Shown here: positions 47,750 through 56,211 of the stretch, piece by piece
Numbering within the stretch: the first letter of the stretch is position 1
How the letters are laid out: the number at the start of each line of letters is the position of its first letter
NCBI GenBank assembly: GCA_964412115.1
Contig: CAYPMM010000001.1
Location: 764-64,763 of the forward strand
Direction: 5' to 3'
From: an uncultured Candidatus Saccharibacteria bacterium
GTDB lineage: Bacteria; Patescibacteriota; Minisyncoccia; HO2-45-28
DNA length: 64,000 bases
Program-made: the position numbers and the translations under genes
Notes under the pieces: model-generated
What the model was told of the DNA's origin: nothing
Databases searched by the model: none
What the model saw: only the letters and a program-made list of their open reading frames with translations

Positions 47750-48042
47750 TTTTGTTTTCGCAATAATCGCTTATAGATATTATCGCGCGCGTCAGCAATA
47801 AGCAATTTAATGGTGTGATTGGCAACAAATTTAAAGCCGACTCGATAATCACGGGTGATACGAAAAGAAAGCACGCCATGAAGCGGAGCCCCAAGACGTT
47901 TGGTATGCAATCTAGAATCAAAAGGATTTTTTCGAAGAATTTCTATAAGAGCCCCTAATTTATCTTGAACCTTACTTGGCAGATTATAGACATCTTTTTT
48001 GAAATCCGCCTCATAAATTATCTCATTTGACGGAACGGACAT
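47746..48042 (-). CDS. type II toxin, RelE/ParE family
   Basis: ...LHGVLSFRITRDYRVGFKFVANHTIKLLIADARDNIYK; start at internal ATG overlapping antitoxin by 20 nt (track start 48069). Confidence 0.6.
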   Translation of the reverse strand: MSVPSNEIIYEADFKKDVYNLPSKVQDKLGALIEILRKNPFDSRLHTKRLGAPLHGVLSFRITRDYRVGFKFVANHTIKLLIADARDNIYKRLLRKQK

Positions 48043-48247
48043 GGCGCAAAAATGCTTCCTTTGTGGCAAAGTGATACATTGTGCCTCGAGAAGACATTCG
48101 TTTGAGCATTTTTTTTACGAAAGCGGGTTTGTATTCACCTTCGGGGTCGCGATATCCCGCGAGAAGCAGATTTTTAACAACCTCCATATCCTTTCGGAGA
48201 ACAGAAACATCTTTATTAAGTTTTTTTACCAGAGTTTGGGTGGTCAT
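48023..48247 (-). CDS. putative antitoxin (74 aa) of RelE/ParE pair
   Basis: small ORF immediately upstream, overlapping the toxin. Confidence 0.4.
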   Translation of the reverse strand: MTTQTLVKKLNKDVSVLRKDMEVVKNLLLAGYRDPEGEYKPAFVKKMLKRMSSRGTMYHFATKEAFLRHVRSVK

Positions 48248-48276
48248 ATAACTTTATAATAACAAAAATACAAATT

Positions 48277-49959
48277 TTACGCAATTTCTTGTTTATAACA
48301 TTCCTCGCAGTAAATATACGGAAACTCGTCGGCGGCGTAAACTGAATCCACAGCTTTGTTGCACTTTTCGCACGCGCGAGAATAGAACTTTAAATGGTCA
48401 GCGATGAACCGAAGGCGTTGTTTATGCCGCTCAAAGGGGGCGAGCCGTGGAATTGGGATGTTAAAACGGCGGTAAAACGCAAGCTCTATCGGTATAATCC
48501 TATACCCATTCCCCGACGCTTTACATTTCAAAACTTTTTCTAAGATGTCGTCCTTAACATCACTAATGTCATCCGGAATGACGTAATCAGAAAAGACAGG
48601 CGACTCGGCTTTATATCTACTCCAAGCCAAGCCGGTCTTTTCGGCGTCATCCTCGTTGAGAGGGAAATACTCATAAGCAACTGTTTCGTTGTACGCAAAT
48701 GGAGATAACTCAAACGGCAAAAATTCTCCGTACCGATATTGCCGACCCGCCTTATCCACATACGGCATGTCATTCATGTGTTTGCGAATTTTCGTCGTAA
48801 GATTTTCGTATTCTTCTTTTGTGTATCGTTTGTTTAAAATACAATAGTCCTGTTTTTTCAAATTCATTGAGCCGAAACAATTATGACTTGCGGAAATGAA
48901 ATAGGAATATTCAATATTCGTACATCCCTCAAGTACTCCAATCGAAAACCTAACGTTGGCAATCTGATGTACTCCCCCCATCAATTCATATAAGAGTTCG
49001 CCACCCCACACGGATGTTGTGTCATAAGCGTCTTTAACCTGAAGAGTAAACAAAATATACTTTGAATCCTCAGTCTTTTCGGTAAGCCAACAAAAACTGC
49101 AACGTTTTGATTCATTGATGAAGTTGCCTTTTGAATTAACAGAACGTTCTATAAAAACGGCTCTCTGCGGCCGTGACTTCCAAAAGTCAAGGACCCGTTT
49201 TTTTACTTCTTCCAACCGAGAATACGACCCGTTTAGGTTCTCCCTTAGAAAACGCTCAAATTCATCTTTTGAAACCGGTTTGTTGAATATATGGTATTGT
49301 TTGTTCCGCAAACCGCTACAACCAAAAACATTAGAACAATTTCTGCAGTCAAAACAGAAGTATGAGTCGTGACAATCATAACAAAGCTTTGAATAAAAAA
49401 CCTTGTAGCAATTTTCGGAAAGCGTCGCTTCATATCCAAACTCCCCTTGTTGAAACCAGTATGTGTCAAAAGTGTCTTTGGTTTTAAGCGCATATTGGTT
49501 ATATGCGCCGTCCTCATTATCATGGCCACCAAAATTAAGATAGCAATTTTTTTCGTCTGTTTCGTAGTTGCACCATGGGCTATTCACCATATTTACCTGA
49601 AACAAAGCGAGGTGAGGAATATCGCGCTGTAGTTCTTGAAATTGAAGCAGGAACGATTTTGAAAAATCATAATTTCTGCCATATTGCATCGGATCCCACT
49701 TGTCCGAATAAAAACAGGTTGGGCAATATACCTTAAACGGCTTATCCGGCGAATACATTGTGATAACGCTTTTATGACAAAGATCACATGACCGTTTATA
49801 GAGCGTGCGTTCATTTCGCCACGCAAGCCGTCTTTGCAGTCTGCACTCCGGGCAAAAAGTCGGCGCGGGGACTTTTATGCGCGCGTAAAATTCAAAATCC
49901 TCGGGTTCGATTGCGAACTCTTGTTTGCAATTCTGACAAATTTTAATCTCTTTTTGCAT
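48277..49959 (-). CDS. Cys-rich zinc-ribbon protein, paralog 3 of 3
   Basis: 560 aa; 60-nt stretch (49841-49900) identical to 47628-47687. Confidence 0.6.
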   Translation of the reverse strand: MQKEIKICQNCKQEFAIEPEDFEFYARIKVPAPTFCPECRLQRRLAWRNERTLYKRSCDLCHKSVITMYSPDKPFKVYCPTCFYSDKWDPMQYGRNYDFSKSFLLQFQELQRDIPHLALFQVNMVNSPWCNYETDEKNCYLNFGGHDNEDGAYNQYALKTKDTFDTYWFQQGEFGYEATLSENCYKVFYSKLCYDCHDSYFCFDCRNCSNVFGCSGLRNKQYHIFNKPVSKDEFERFLRENLNGSYSRLEEVKKRVLDFWKSRPQRAVFIERSVNSKGNFINESKRCSFCWLTEKTEDSKYILFTLQVKDAYDTTSVWGGELLYELMGGVHQIANVRFSIGVLEGCTNIEYSYFISASHNCFGSMNLKKQDYCILNKRYTKEEYENLTTKIRKHMNDMPYVDKAGRQYRYGEFLPFELSPFAYNETVAYEYFPLNEDDAEKTGLAWSRYKAESPVFSDYVIPDDISDVKDDILEKVLKCKASGNGYRIIPIELAFYRRFNIPIPRLAPFERHKQRLRFIADHLKFYSRACEKCNKAVDSVYAADEFPYIYCEECYKQEIA

Positions 49960-49975
49960 GTTCTCTTATTCGCAC

Positions 49976-50033
49976 GCCTGCCTGTCGGTAGGCAGGAATT
50001 AGGGATATATTAAAACGTGTTGATATATCAACA
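49976..50033. promoter_or_regulatory. hairpin CCTGCC-N8-GGCAGG and 16-bp perfect palindrome TGTTGATATATCAACA upstream of paralog 3
   Basis: palindrome overlaps a possible TTGATA-16-TATATC promoter on minus strand. Confidence 0.4.
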
Positions 50034-50049
50034 TATTTTGTTTTAAGAA

Positions 50050-51393
50050 TTATTTCTTTTCTTTCGGCTCCGCGTCCGGTATTTTCAGACCGGGGACTTC
50101 CGATTCCTCGCCGAAAATGGGAAGGCCCGCTGGCGGGCCCATGCGTTTGGCCTCCATCCTTTTGATAAAGGGCGCTGTCAGCACAAGAAAAGACGGCGGA
50201 TGAAAAAGGGTGGCAATGCCTTCGGAGGTAATAATCGCCGGTTTTGACTTTTTGTCAAAATAGAAAAATTGCGATTCTATGATACTGCCAATTTTCGTCT
50301 CCGGCGGCATGGCTCTTTTTATGAAATTAATAAGGATTCTTTGTTTTCTGGCCTCCTCGCGTTTTTTGTAGAAAAAGTGCGGAAACTTCAGCCAATTAAC
50401 CATGGTTCTGGTCGGAATTACCGGAATAAACCAATTTTGAGTCGGAATGGAATACTGGGCGAAGGCCCCCCTTACTCCGCGGTAAGGAGTCTGGCGGTTA
50501 AAAATGGCGCGGGGAGCCAAATAAATGTAGCGTATTATTGTTTCAAAAGGCGCGTTGGAGGCGTTTTTGCCGACCGCTTTCATCACTTCTTCTTCCCCCG
50601 GAGAACGGAAAAGAGTAAGCGCCTCCATGCTTGCGGCGCCCTGAATCCTTTTTGAAGCCGATTTTTCTTTCAACTCCGCGGTGAGCGCGTTGTTTATTTT
50701 CTGCCATTCGACCGGATCGGCCGGCCTTATTAAAATCTGGAGCCACAGATGCTCTTCTTTTTTCAGTTTCGCCAAAACCTCAACCAAAACCGACATCGGG
50801 TCAAGAGATTTTTCTTCTTCAATCGCTTCAAAAAACGGATATGTTTTAAAAGGATAGGCGTTGTTTCGGCCGAGAGACAATTCGAGTCCGAAAAGATCCA
50901 AACCCATTTTGTAAAGGTCGGTTGTCTTGGCCGGCAGGCGTTTTACGTAGTCATCAACCTCAATCATTTCTATTTCTTTGTAGTTGCCGTAAAAAGCGGC
51001 CTCCACTATGTTTTTGTATTTGGCCGGCGTCTTGACGTAAAAATGCGTTTCGCCGTTAAGCTGGGCAATCTCCAAAGACCACCATTCAGTCACCTCCCCC
51101 TCCCAATATTTTTCAATAAAATTTTCGGGACTATTCCGGAGGCTGTAAAGCTTATTTAAAATCTGTTCCATGGCTTTGGGCGATTTGCGTATTTCGCGCG
51201 GTATTCTTATCTCCAGAAGCGACCAGCGCATTTTGTCTTTGTAAATCATCATCCGGTAATACATCCAAATGTTCTTCAATAAAACCGCCGAAAACACAAA
51301 AAGCCAAAGCCACCAAAGCCTGGCTACAATCGTAAAGCCGGGTATTAACGCCGTCTTATATAAGATTTGAAGGGTTTCCCTTACTTCCGGCAT
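50050..51393 (-). CDS. hypothetical protein (447 aa, N-terminal TM helix)
   Basis: long ORF with typical codon usage, no recognisable motif. Confidence 0.5.
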   Translation of the reverse strand: MPEVRETLQILYKTALIPGFTIVARLWWLWLFVFSAVLLKNIWMYYRMMIYKDKMRWSLLEIRIPREIRKSPKAMEQILNKLYSLRNSPENFIEKYWEGEVTEWWSLEIAQLNGETHFYVKTPAKYKNIVEAAFYGNYKEIEMIEVDDYVKRLPAKTTDLYKMGLDLFGLELSLGRNNAYPFKTYPFFEAIEEEKSLDPMSVLVEVLAKLKKEEHLWLQILIRPADPVEWQKINNALTAELKEKSASKRIQGAASMEALTLFRSPGEEEVMKAVGKNASNAPFETIIRYIYLAPRAIFNRQTPYRGVRGAFAQYSIPTQNWFIPVIPTRTMVNWLKFPHFFYKKREEARKQRILINFIKRAMPPETKIGSIIESQFFYFDKKSKPAIITSEGIATLFHPPSFLVLTAPFIKRMEAKRMGPPAGLPIFGEESEVPGLKIPDAEPKEKK

Positions 51394-51401
51394 TACTTAC
51401 A

Positions 51402-52427
51402 TTATGCCAGATGAAAGCGCCCGTCGGAAAGCTTTTTAAAGTGAGTTCTGTTTTGAAGGTTTATGGCGATGGTGTTGTCTTTTACGTGGCGCTCCTGCTT
51501 GACAAATTTAATAAGCTCGTCTTTGGACATCGGGCCGCGTTTCTCAAGCACCGCTTTGACTATGTCTTTGACCGTCCCCGCCTGATAGCCCCAGCTGGAC
51601 AAGGCGTAAAGACCACGTCCGACAAGAACAAAGCGCTCGTCTTTAATAAGCTCGTTGTGAACCGTCTGCACGTGGGCGTGTTTTGAAGCCAGTTTCTCAA
51701 TGGATGAAGCCACTTCGCGAAAGTGCAGAGGAGAGCCGTGTTTTTTTAAAACAAGGTAGGCAAAATCGCGCATACCAGAAGGTCTGACTAAAGACGAGGA
51801 AGCAAGGCCCCACTCGCCAAAATTATTGGAAGTAATATTCTTTGAAATGCCGAGCCGCGCGAAAACGGCCTCCTTGCCGAGCGTATGGCCAAATTCGGAT
51901 TCAACGTGGGAACGAAATCTTTTTTCCATTTCGTCTTTAATTAAAGGTTCGTCTCCCAAATTGGCGCAAAAATTAGCTATTGATTTATGGGCGTCTTTTG
52001 ACGCTTTAAAATCGCTTGTCCAGCGGTGGTAAAAATCGGTATCGGCTCCGAGACGCTCAAACGGCCCGCCAAGAGACAAAAAGAAATAAACGTAGTTTTT
52101 TCCGTCTTCATCTGATGCAAAATGCGCCAGCGCCTCGTTTTCACGCCAGACACCGCCCCTTAATTCAAACTCTTTGGCAAGCTCTCCGAAAATCTGATCA
52201 GACGCTCCGAAACCCGGGCTTTGGCGCATTTTATTTATAGCCGCGGCTTCAATCTGGCGCACCCGCTCGCGGGTAATCTTATAGGTCTGGCCTATTGATT
52301 CCAAAGTCTGCCTTTTAGAGCGGGCTCCGATGCCAAACCGGCGCTCAACAACGTCGCGCGCTCGGCCTGAAATTTCTTTTAAAAGCGTTTTGGCTAAATC
52401 TTCAAAATTATTTGCGGTCTTGACCAT
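51402..52427 (-). CDS. sigma-70 region 4 domain protein with two C-terminal HARE-HTH-like winged helices
   Basis: LESIGQTYKITRERVRQIEAAAINKMR (region 4.2); RFVLVGRGLYALSSWG and KKLSDGRFHLA HARE-HTH-like. Confidence 0.5.
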   Translation of the reverse strand: MVKTANNFEDLAKTLLKEISGRARDVVERRFGIGARSKRQTLESIGQTYKITRERVRQIEAAAINKMRQSPGFGASDQIFGELAKEFELRGGVWRENEALAHFASDEDGKNYVYFFLSLGGPFERLGADTDFYHRWTSDFKASKDAHKSIANFCANLGDEPLIKDEMEKRFRSHVESEFGHTLGKEAVFARLGISKNITSNNFGEWGLASSSLVRPSGMRDFAYLVLKKHGSPLHFREVASSIEKLASKHAHVQTVHNELIKDERFVLVGRGLYALSSWGYQAGTVKDIVKAVLEKRGPMSKDELIKFVKQERHVKDNTIAINLQNRTHFKKLSDGRFHLA

Positions 52428-52510
52428 ATAATTTAACTTGAGCCTAGCTTACATTAAATAAAAAATATGTCAACTAGGTCAAATCAATGATAAAACATTA
52501 TAAAACAAAA

Positions 52511-52565
52511 CGCAAAAAAAGGCAAATGAAATGAAAAGGCCCCGCGCTCTCTACGAGCGGGGGCC
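52511..52565 (-). terminator. intrinsic terminator ending the GC-rich island (110 nt upstream of sigma-r4 gene)
   Basis: minus RNA GGCCCCCGCUC-GUAGA-GAGCGCGGGGCC followed by UUUUCAUUUCAUUUGCCUUUUUUU. Confidence 0.5.
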
Positions 52566-52862
52566 GGTACTGCGGGGTGGATCAGGCGTAGATGGTAATT
52601 TCGCGCAAGTGACCCGCGCGATTCGGATCGCTGGAGATAACGATTCGTCTCGTCTCCCAGCCGATCTGATTCTTGGGCCGACGGCTCGGGTGCAGGAGTT
52701 CTTTCTCGCCCCTACTGCCACGACGATGCTCGGCCATCTCTTGCGCCCTGTCGGCATAGTCCACCGTGGTGCCTTTGAACCCATCCCTTCCGTGCCCGTT
52801 TTCACTCACTGCCTCTCTCCTTCCGTTCTGGTTGATGGGCGGAAAAACTAACTTATTTTCAA
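52566..52862 (-). ncRNA. candidate ~330-nt GC-rich structured RNA (unclassified; independent ncRNA or long regulatory leader)
   Basis: GC far above window mean, only R/G-rich spurious ORFs, flanked by consensus promoter and terminator on the minus strand; no match recognised to RNase P CR-I, tmRNA or 6S. Confidence 0.35.
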
Positions 52863-52870
52863 ACACCTAC

Positions 52871-52899
52871 ATTATATATCAAAATGTAGTGTTTGTCAA
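52871..52899 (-). promoter_or_regulatory. consensus sigma70 promoter with embedded inverted repeat CTACAT...ATGTAG
   Basis: minus strand TTGACA-17nt-TATAAT. Confidence 0.55.
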
Positions 52900-53879
52900 G
52901 CACGCCAAAGTATACTCGGCTTTTCCTTGAAACGCCTTAAGCCATATTTCGCCCTCTGCCAAAACGGGCCGAATATGAGATAAACCGCCCCGCTCTTGAT
53001 AAGTCCTGTTGTCCCGCCAACAAGTTCAACGCGCAAAAACGGCAAAAGAACCGAATCAATCTCTTTCCTGCCGTGAAGCATATGGATCTCCGGCTTGCCG
53101 TACTCTTTAAGTTTGCAAAGCCCGATAACTTTCTTAACCATCGTATGGCTGGCGCAAACGGTCTGAACTCCGCGGCCTAAACACATATCCATTATTTCAA
53201 TGAATTGCTTCTCGGTTTCTTCGGAGGTCAGCTCGGCGTCTTTTTTGTAAGTCCCCCGGCAGACCCCTATTTTTACATCGCCGGCCGAAATGCCGTGCCG
53301 CGGATCGGAGAGCAGTATTGAGTCATCATCCGTAATCCAGCCCATGAACTTCGCGGCTCGGGCTCTTCCCTGCCTCGTATAGGCGCGAACGCGTATGGCA
53401 AGGCCCCGATATCCGCGATTCAAAACGATTTCTTCAATCGCGGGATCAACCCATTCAAGTGTTTCCGTTTTTTCCTCGTCAAGCCAGAGCCATCTTTTGC
53501 GTTTTGATTTTGAAACTCGCCCTAAAAGCGCCTCAAGCGCGTCCAAAAATTTTCTCTGTTTACAGCAAACGCAATCGTCCGCGTTTACAAAAGAAGTCGG
53601 TTTAACCGAAATGTCCCCGTTGATACCTTCTTCATCCATTTTTTCCAGAAGTTTCAGATATATTTCAAGCGGATTTTCTCCCGCTCCTTTTATGTCTTCT
53701 AAAGCGTAATTTATCAGGACTTTCAAACCAAGAGAATTATAATATTTCGCTTCTTCAACTGCGTCCTCAATATAGCTTCCGCAGGTAAACTTCTCCAATA
53801 GGTAAAAAAGCCGTAAAAATATGGCGAGGGCGAGCATCACTGCCAGCCCCGCTCCAACGTAGAGCAGAAGCTCCGGCAT
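52896..53879 (-). CDS. hypothetical membrane-anchored protein
   Basis: 327 aa, N-terminal TM helix; downstream of secF. Confidence 0.45.
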   Translation of the reverse strand: MPELLLYVGAGLAVMLALAIFLRLFYLLEKFTCGSYIEDAVEEAKYYNSLGLKVLINYALEDIKGAGENPLEIYLKLLEKMDEEGINGDISVKPTSFVNADDCVCCKQRKFLDALEALLGRVSKSKRKRWLWLDEEKTETLEWVDPAIEEIVLNRGYRGLAIRVRAYTRQGRARAAKFMGWITDDDSILLSDPRHGISAGDVKIGVCRGTYKKDAELTSEETEKQFIEIMDMCLGRGVQTVCASHTMVKKVIGLCKLKEYGKPEIHMLHGRKEIDSVLLPFLRVELVGGTTGLIKSGAVYLIFGPFWQRAKYGLRRFKEKPSILWRA

Positions 53880-53950
53880 TGCCCGCCCCTTTATAAAAAA
53901 TCTCTACCTTAATAAAAGTCCTCCAACAGAAGTTTGTCAACCGGCGCGTT

Positions 53951-54850
53951 TTATTTCCTCCCCCATTTTTGCCACGAAACCAAAAGGGGGCTGGCAAGAC
54001 AGATTGAAGAATATGTTCCGGCGATAACGCCGATAAGCAGGGTTAAAGCGAAATAGCGGGTAGTGTCGGCGCCGAACCAAAAAAGAGACGCCAGCACCAA
54101 AAATATGGCAAATGACGTCGCGAGCGACCGTCCGTAAGTCTCATTAAGACTTTTGCCGACTATGGATTCAAAATTACCCGCGCCATCGGCCTTGCGCAGA
54201 TTCTCGCGGATTCGGTCAAAAACAACTATGGTATCGTGCACCGAAAATCCGAGAATAGTTAAAAGCGCGGTCACAAAAAGCGCATCCACTTCCGCCCCAT
54301 AAAATCGGCCGAGATAGGCGAAAAGCCCAGCCGGAATTAAAATGTCATGCATTAAAGCAACGATGGCCACAACGCCGTATTTCCAAGAAGACACCGGCTT
54401 TGACACATGGCGGAATGCCCAGCTGACGAAAGCCAAAATCAAAACTATTACCAGCGCTATGGATACAAACGCGTTTCGGCGAAGTTCGCGCCCTATGGTC
54501 GGCCCTATTGAATCAAATCTTTTCTCAATCAAAACTTTTTCCGGCTCGTCGTTGCCGGCCAAAGCTTTAATCAAATCCTGGCGGCCTTCGGCCGCAAGCT
54601 CGCCGACCCTTACGATAAAACCGTTGTCCCCCGTTGGTTGTATACGGTAAGAAGACAGATTCAGGGCGGAGAGTTTTTGGTCGGCAAGCGCGATATCGGG
54701 GCGCTCGCCCAGAAATTCCACCTCCAAAATTGAACCGCCGGAAAAGTCAACGCCCAAACTAAATCCGTAAAACAAAATCCCGAAAATACTTGCCGCCAAA
54801 ACCGCCGCCGAAAACGCATATAAAATTTTTCTTAGCCGTATTATTATCAT
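53951..54850 (-). CDS. secF: protein translocase subunit SecF
   Basis: LGVDFSGGSILEVEF motif, 6 TM. Confidence 0.8.
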   Translation of the reverse strand: MIIIRLRKILYAFSAAVLAASIFGILFYGFSLGVDFSGGSILEVEFLGERPDIALADQKLSALNLSSYRIQPTGDNGFIVRVGELAAEGRQDLIKALAGNDEPEKVLIEKRFDSIGPTIGRELRRNAFVSIALVIVLILAFVSWAFRHVSKPVSSWKYGVVAIVALMHDILIPAGLFAYLGRFYGAEVDALFVTALLTILGFSVHDTIVVFDRIRENLRKADGAGNFESIVGKSLNETYGRSLATSFAIFLVLASLFWFGADTTRYFALTLLIGVIAGTYSSICLASPLLVSWQKWGRK

Positions 54851-56172
54851 ATTTTTCTTTTGGCGCCGTAAAGAATAAACGAGAACATATTATTTCTTAG
54901 TCCTGAGGCCAAAACAAACACTTTCGTAACCACAAGAGCCGAAAAAATGCTCGCGAGCACGCCTACGCCCAAAGTCAGGGCAAATCCGCGAATAATGCTT
55001 GTGCCGAACCAGTAAAGTATGGTGGAGGTAATCAGGGTTGAAATGTTTGAATCGCGAATTGAGGGCCACGCGCGCTTAAAACCGGTCTCAAGAGCGTTTT
55101 CAAGCTCTGCTCCCCATCTCACTTCTTCGCGCATGCGCTCAAATATCAAAATATTGGCGTCAACCGCCATTCCGACGGACAAAAGAAATCCGGCGATGCC
55201 CGCGGCAGTCAGTGTTACCGGCAAAATTTTAAAAACGCTTAAAACCAAAATCACGTAAAAAGCGAGGCCAAAAACGGCGATAAGCCCCGGAAGGCGATAG
55301 CGTAAAATTAAAAACAAAGCGACGGCCAAAATGCCGTAGAGTCCCGCAAATATTCCTTTAACCAGCGATTCTTCGCCCAAAGACGCGCCTACGCTTTGCT
55401 GAGCTATGAGTTTGACCGGCACGGGTAAAGCGCCTGAATTTAGCCGGCGGACAAGGGTTCTGGCTTCATCCGGCGTAAATTGGCCGGTAATCTGGGCACT
55501 GCCGGATGTAATTTCCGATTGCACCACGGGCGCGCTTATCGGCAAACCGTCAAGATAAATCGCAACTTGTCTGCCGATATTACTTTTGGTAATTTCGCCG
55601 AAAATTTTCGCTCCCTCGTCGTTGAATTCCAAGAGCACGGCGGGTTCGTTGGTCGTCAAATCAAAATCCAGAATTGCCTTTTTAAGAAATCGTCCGGTCA
55701 ATTCGGACTTGATGAAATAAGGGTCTTCCAAGATAATTTCGCCGGCCTCCTGTTTTTTTAAAATCGCGTCCCGCTCCGTTTCCGGACGTTCGGTTTTGAA
55801 TTCCAGATACGGCGTCTGGCCTATCATCAAAATGGCCTGGTTGGTGTCAAAAACACCGGCAAGCTCAACTATCAGACGGTTTTCGCCCCCAGATTTTTGG
55901 ACCTGCACCACGGGTTCGGTCACGCCAAAGGCATTGACCCTTCGCTCAATGACATCACGAAGCCCCTCCATTGACTCGCTTATTTCAAATGAGTCAATTG
56001 CCGAAACGTCAGCTTCGTAAACCAAATGCGCCCCTCCCTGCAAATCAAGCCCGAGGCGATATCCGATATTGCCCAAAAACCAGTCGGGCTTTACGAAATT
56101 CGCGCCGGCAAAATAAGCGAGAAAAACGCCCGCCAAAAGCAAAGATATGGCCATAAGCCGTATTTTTAACAT
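54847..56172 (-). CDS. secD: protein translocase subunit SecD
   Basis: LGLDLQGGAHLVYEAD motif, C-terminal TM bundle; 4-nt overlap with secF. Confidence 0.8.
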   Translation of the reverse strand: MLKIRLMAISLLLAGVFLAYFAGANFVKPDWFLGNIGYRLGLDLQGGAHLVYEADVSAIDSFEISESMEGLRDVIERRVNAFGVTEPVVQVQKSGGENRLIVELAGVFDTNQAILMIGQTPYLEFKTERPETERDAILKKQEAGEIILEDPYFIKSELTGRFLKKAILDFDLTTNEPAVLLEFNDEGAKIFGEITKSNIGRQVAIYLDGLPISAPVVQSEITSGSAQITGQFTPDEARTLVRRLNSGALPVPVKLIAQQSVGASLGEESLVKGIFAGLYGILAVALFLILRYRLPGLIAVFGLAFYVILVLSVFKILPVTLTAAGIAGFLLSVGMAVDANILIFERMREEVRWGAELENALETGFKRAWPSIRDSNISTLITSTILYWFGTSIIRGFALTLGVGVLASIFSALVVTKVFVLASGLRNNMFSFILYGAKRKI

Positions 56173-56211
56173 GGCTTGAATTATAAGCTTGAGAGTTTTT
56201 TAAATCAAATA

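Noticed and set aside
52531-52866. ORFs inside the GC-rich island (106 aa +, 84 aa -, 94 aa -)
   Set aside because: Arg/Gly/Pro-rich translations inconsistent with the proteome of this low-GC genome. The region is better explained as structured RNA. The 94-aa ORF would have to be leaderless at the transcription start site.
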